From the IMG/VR virus record IMGVR_UViG_3300045912_000521, positions 1-35,622 of that record: 35,622 nt of DNA, one strand, 5' to 3'. This DNA is from a virus. Position 1 is the first letter of the stretch; every line of letters begins with the position of its first letter. Below the pieces are notes generated by a model. It made no database searches and was not told the origin of the DNA. It was given only the letters and a program-made list of their open reading frames with translations. This document shows, piece after piece, positions 34,263 through 35,622 of the stretch. The translations under genes and the position numbers were made by a program.

Positions 34263-34516
34263 ATGTTGTCAGACAATTAGAACGATTTTACTGTTCAAAG
34301 GCTGCTGGGGATTTTCCGGACGAATCGTTTGGTTTGGGGGAAATCCCCACTTCTATTCTGGGTCAGGCATTGGATATTCTACTGGTGCTAGAGGCAGTCG
34401 AATGGAAATGGGACATCAACACCATACTCAGTCAGCCGGATGATCTGCTGCGAGCGGTATTGCGACTGAAATCGGTTGGTGAGAAGTTGCGAAGGGAGCA
34501 ATTAGATGCGGAGTAA
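34250..34516 (+). CDS. T extension of the tail assembly chaperone, reached by a programmed -1 frameshift (GT product)
   Basis: The heptamer A AAA AAA lies at 34250-56 in the zero frame. The -1 frame is open, checked codon by codon, from 34256 to the TAA at 34514-16, and includes the listed ORF 34334..34516. Confidence 0.75.
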   Translation, partial: KKRLDVVRQLERFYCSKAAGDFPDESFGLGEIPTSILGQALDILLVLEAVEWKWDINTILSQPDDLLRAVLRLKSVGEKLRREQLDAE

Positions 34517-34729
34517 GCGAAATAACCAAAACGTAAAGACAATTCCAGCAAGAGGCAGTCCGCAAATTGCAATCAATAATCCCGGGTCTGGCATAAAAAC
34601 CGCAAGACCAGTCAAGACAAGAGCCGTAATACACATGGAAATAAACCAGATTGTCCCAATATTTGAAGAACGCGGTAGCGATTCCCGTGTATTTTCATCG
34701 GGATCATTCTTGAACCAACTGCTGTACAT
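34502..34729 (-). CDS. Reverse-strand 2-TM membrane protein (75 aa), a moron candidate
   Basis: It is one of only three convincing minus-strand genes (with int and the repressor) and the only one in the structural module. TM helices are IWFISMCITALVLTGLAVFM and LLIAICGLPLAGIVFTFWLFRLL. The overlapping + strand ORF 34506..34742 looks non-protein-like. Confidence 0.5.
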   Translation of the reverse strand: MYSSWFKNDPDENTRESLPRSSNIGTIWFISMCITALVLTGLAVFMPDPGLLIAICGLPLAGIVFTFWLFRLLRI

Positions 34730-34749
34730 ATCTTTATTGTAGGTGAATC

Positions 34750-35622
34750 ATGGATGAAAAGCAATTAAAACTTTTGTTAGTCTTTGGTTCGGACGCATCC
34801 AAAGCGCAAGAGGATTTCAAAAAATTGCAGTCTCGTGCTGAGGAACTTCAGAAGCGTATCCAGACTCTGCGCGAGACCATGAAGTTACATCAGGCGGTTG
34901 GTAAAGACGTAACTGCTCTTGAAAAAGAATTACAAGCAATTACCCACGAATTAGTAGATTTGGATCAAAAAGCGCAGCGCGCTCAAACCGCCTTGCGCGG
35001 GATGGCCAACAGTTCACGAGATATTCGTGATAATTTATTCAATTTGCGTGACATCGGCGAGAAAATTGATCAAATCGGTGGAACATTTGAACGGTTTGGT
35101 CGAGGCATATTATCACCAATAACCGGTTCAATTCAATCTTATTTGCAATCCGCATCACCCTTTGACACGGTTGCCTTTGCCTGGAAGCAAGCGCAAATGG
35201 ATATTCAACAATCTTTTACGCGGATCGGGGCGGTGGCGACAAATGAGTTATTGCCGGCATTGCGTATGGCTGCCGATCTGGTTGCCAAAATCGCCGATCT
35301 GGTTGAACGCAATCCCGACTTAATCAAAGTTGGTCTGATGTTTGGCGGCAGCCTGGTCGCGATTGGTGGTCTGGCACAACTGGCCGGACAGATTACGATG
35401 TTGGTTGGGGTTACAAAGGCACTCAATATTCCGGCCTTGCTTGGCAGTATGGGTAGTGCTGGCGGTGCGCTGCTCAATCCATACGTTGGCGCGACTGCTT
35501 TGATTGGCATGGGTGCAGCAGCCGGCTACAGCGCATTATCTCGTACCGATTTAGGCGCGCAGCGCAATCTACAAGCGGCGCCGGGTCAGTTGGCCACGGT
35601 TGCGGCTTATTACTCCGGCCGT
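34750..35622 (+). CDS. Tape measure protein, N-terminal part (open at the window edge, continues at 2..1351)
   Basis: ATG at 34750 follows AGGTGA. There is no stop before the window end. The sequence has a coiled-coil N-terminus and then Gly/Ala-rich hydrophobic segments (LMFGGSLVAIGGLAQLAGQITMLVGV). It sits directly after the G/GT chaperone genes. Confidence 0.85.
   Translation, partial: MDEKQLKLLLVFGSDASKAQEDFKKLQSRAEELQKRIQTLRETMKLHQAVGKDVTALEKELQAITHELVDLDQKAQRAQTALRGMANSSRDIRDNLFNLRDIGEKIDQIGGTFERFGRGILSPITGSIQSYLQSASPFDTVAFAWKQAQMDIQQSFTRIGAVATNELLPALRMAADLVAKIADLVERNPDLIKVGLMFGGSLVAIGGLAQLAGQITMLVGVTKALNIPALLGSMGSAGGALLNPYVGATALIGMGAAAGYSALSRTDLGAQRNLQAAPGQLATVAAYYSGR
35496..35622. 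repeat. Second copy of the 127-bp terminal overlap
   Basis: Identical to 1-127. The implied unit length is 35,495 bp. Confidence 0.9.

Noticed and set aside
1-35622. The 127-bp end duplication as biological direct terminal repeats or LTRs of a mobile element
   Set aside because: The repeat lies in the middle of the tape-measure ORF and keeps its frame, so it is best read as the closure overlap of a circular assembly. It should still be confirmed with reads.
1-35622. Genome-wide stop-codon reassignment (TGA read as sense)
   Set aside because: Many well-supported genes end at TGA, often with coupled ATGA restarts (1349, 4541, 15708, 18012, 21527, 23527, 30740, 33910). Only the single TGA at 18095 looks anomalous.
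1-35622. CRISPR arrays, rRNA genes, transposases or IS elements
   Set aside because: No regularly spaced direct repeats with unique spacers, no rRNA-like sequence and no transposase-like ORF were seen. The only recombinase is the phage integrase.

Overview
The window is one complete, circularly closed, temperate siphovirus-like phage genome. Bases 1-127 are identical to 35496-35622, so the unique length is 35,495 bp. The tape-measure ORF that opens at 34750 runs off the right edge and continues in frame at the left edge to 1351.

Gene order, almost all on the + strand:
- Tail tip and two fibre genes, a fibre chaperone and a GH25 lysin.
- On the - strand, a tyrosine integrase beside an attP that carries the 3' part of a tRNA-Leu(UAA).
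- On the - strand, an XRE/CI-type repressor facing a rightward sigma70-like promoter.
- A small orphan C5 cytosine methyltransferase and a run of small early ORFs.
- A roughly 730-nt ORF-free, GC-rich, heavily base-paired locus.
- A recombination module: ERCC4 nuclease, RecT and a Cas4-like PD-(D/E)XK exonuclease.
- A J-domain protein, a vWA protein, a VirE-type P-loop protein, an iteron origin and a prim-pol with a CHC2 zinc finger.
- An intrinsic terminator, then TerS, TerL, portal, a MuF protein with a C-terminal extension and a gp10-like protein.
- A promoter/leader/terminator element, then protease-scaffold, major capsid and connector genes.
- A displaced lysis cassette, the major tail protein, the G/GT chaperone with an A8 slippery site, a reverse-strand membrane moron and the tape measure.

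Two things stand out as not explained by ordinary phage annotation:
1. A highly iterated palindrome, TACTSAGTA. It has 24 exact copies, 11 of them as the full 11-mer ATACTSAGTAT. Copies lie in all three reading frames, on both coding strands and in intergenic DNA.
2. The 14.2-14.9 kb structured RNA locus, which carries three tRNA-like modules with T-arm hairpins.

A further oddity is a zinc-ribbon ORF with an in-frame TGA exactly where the first Cys of CxxC...CxxC should be. No CRISPR array, rRNA or intact canonical tRNA was seen.
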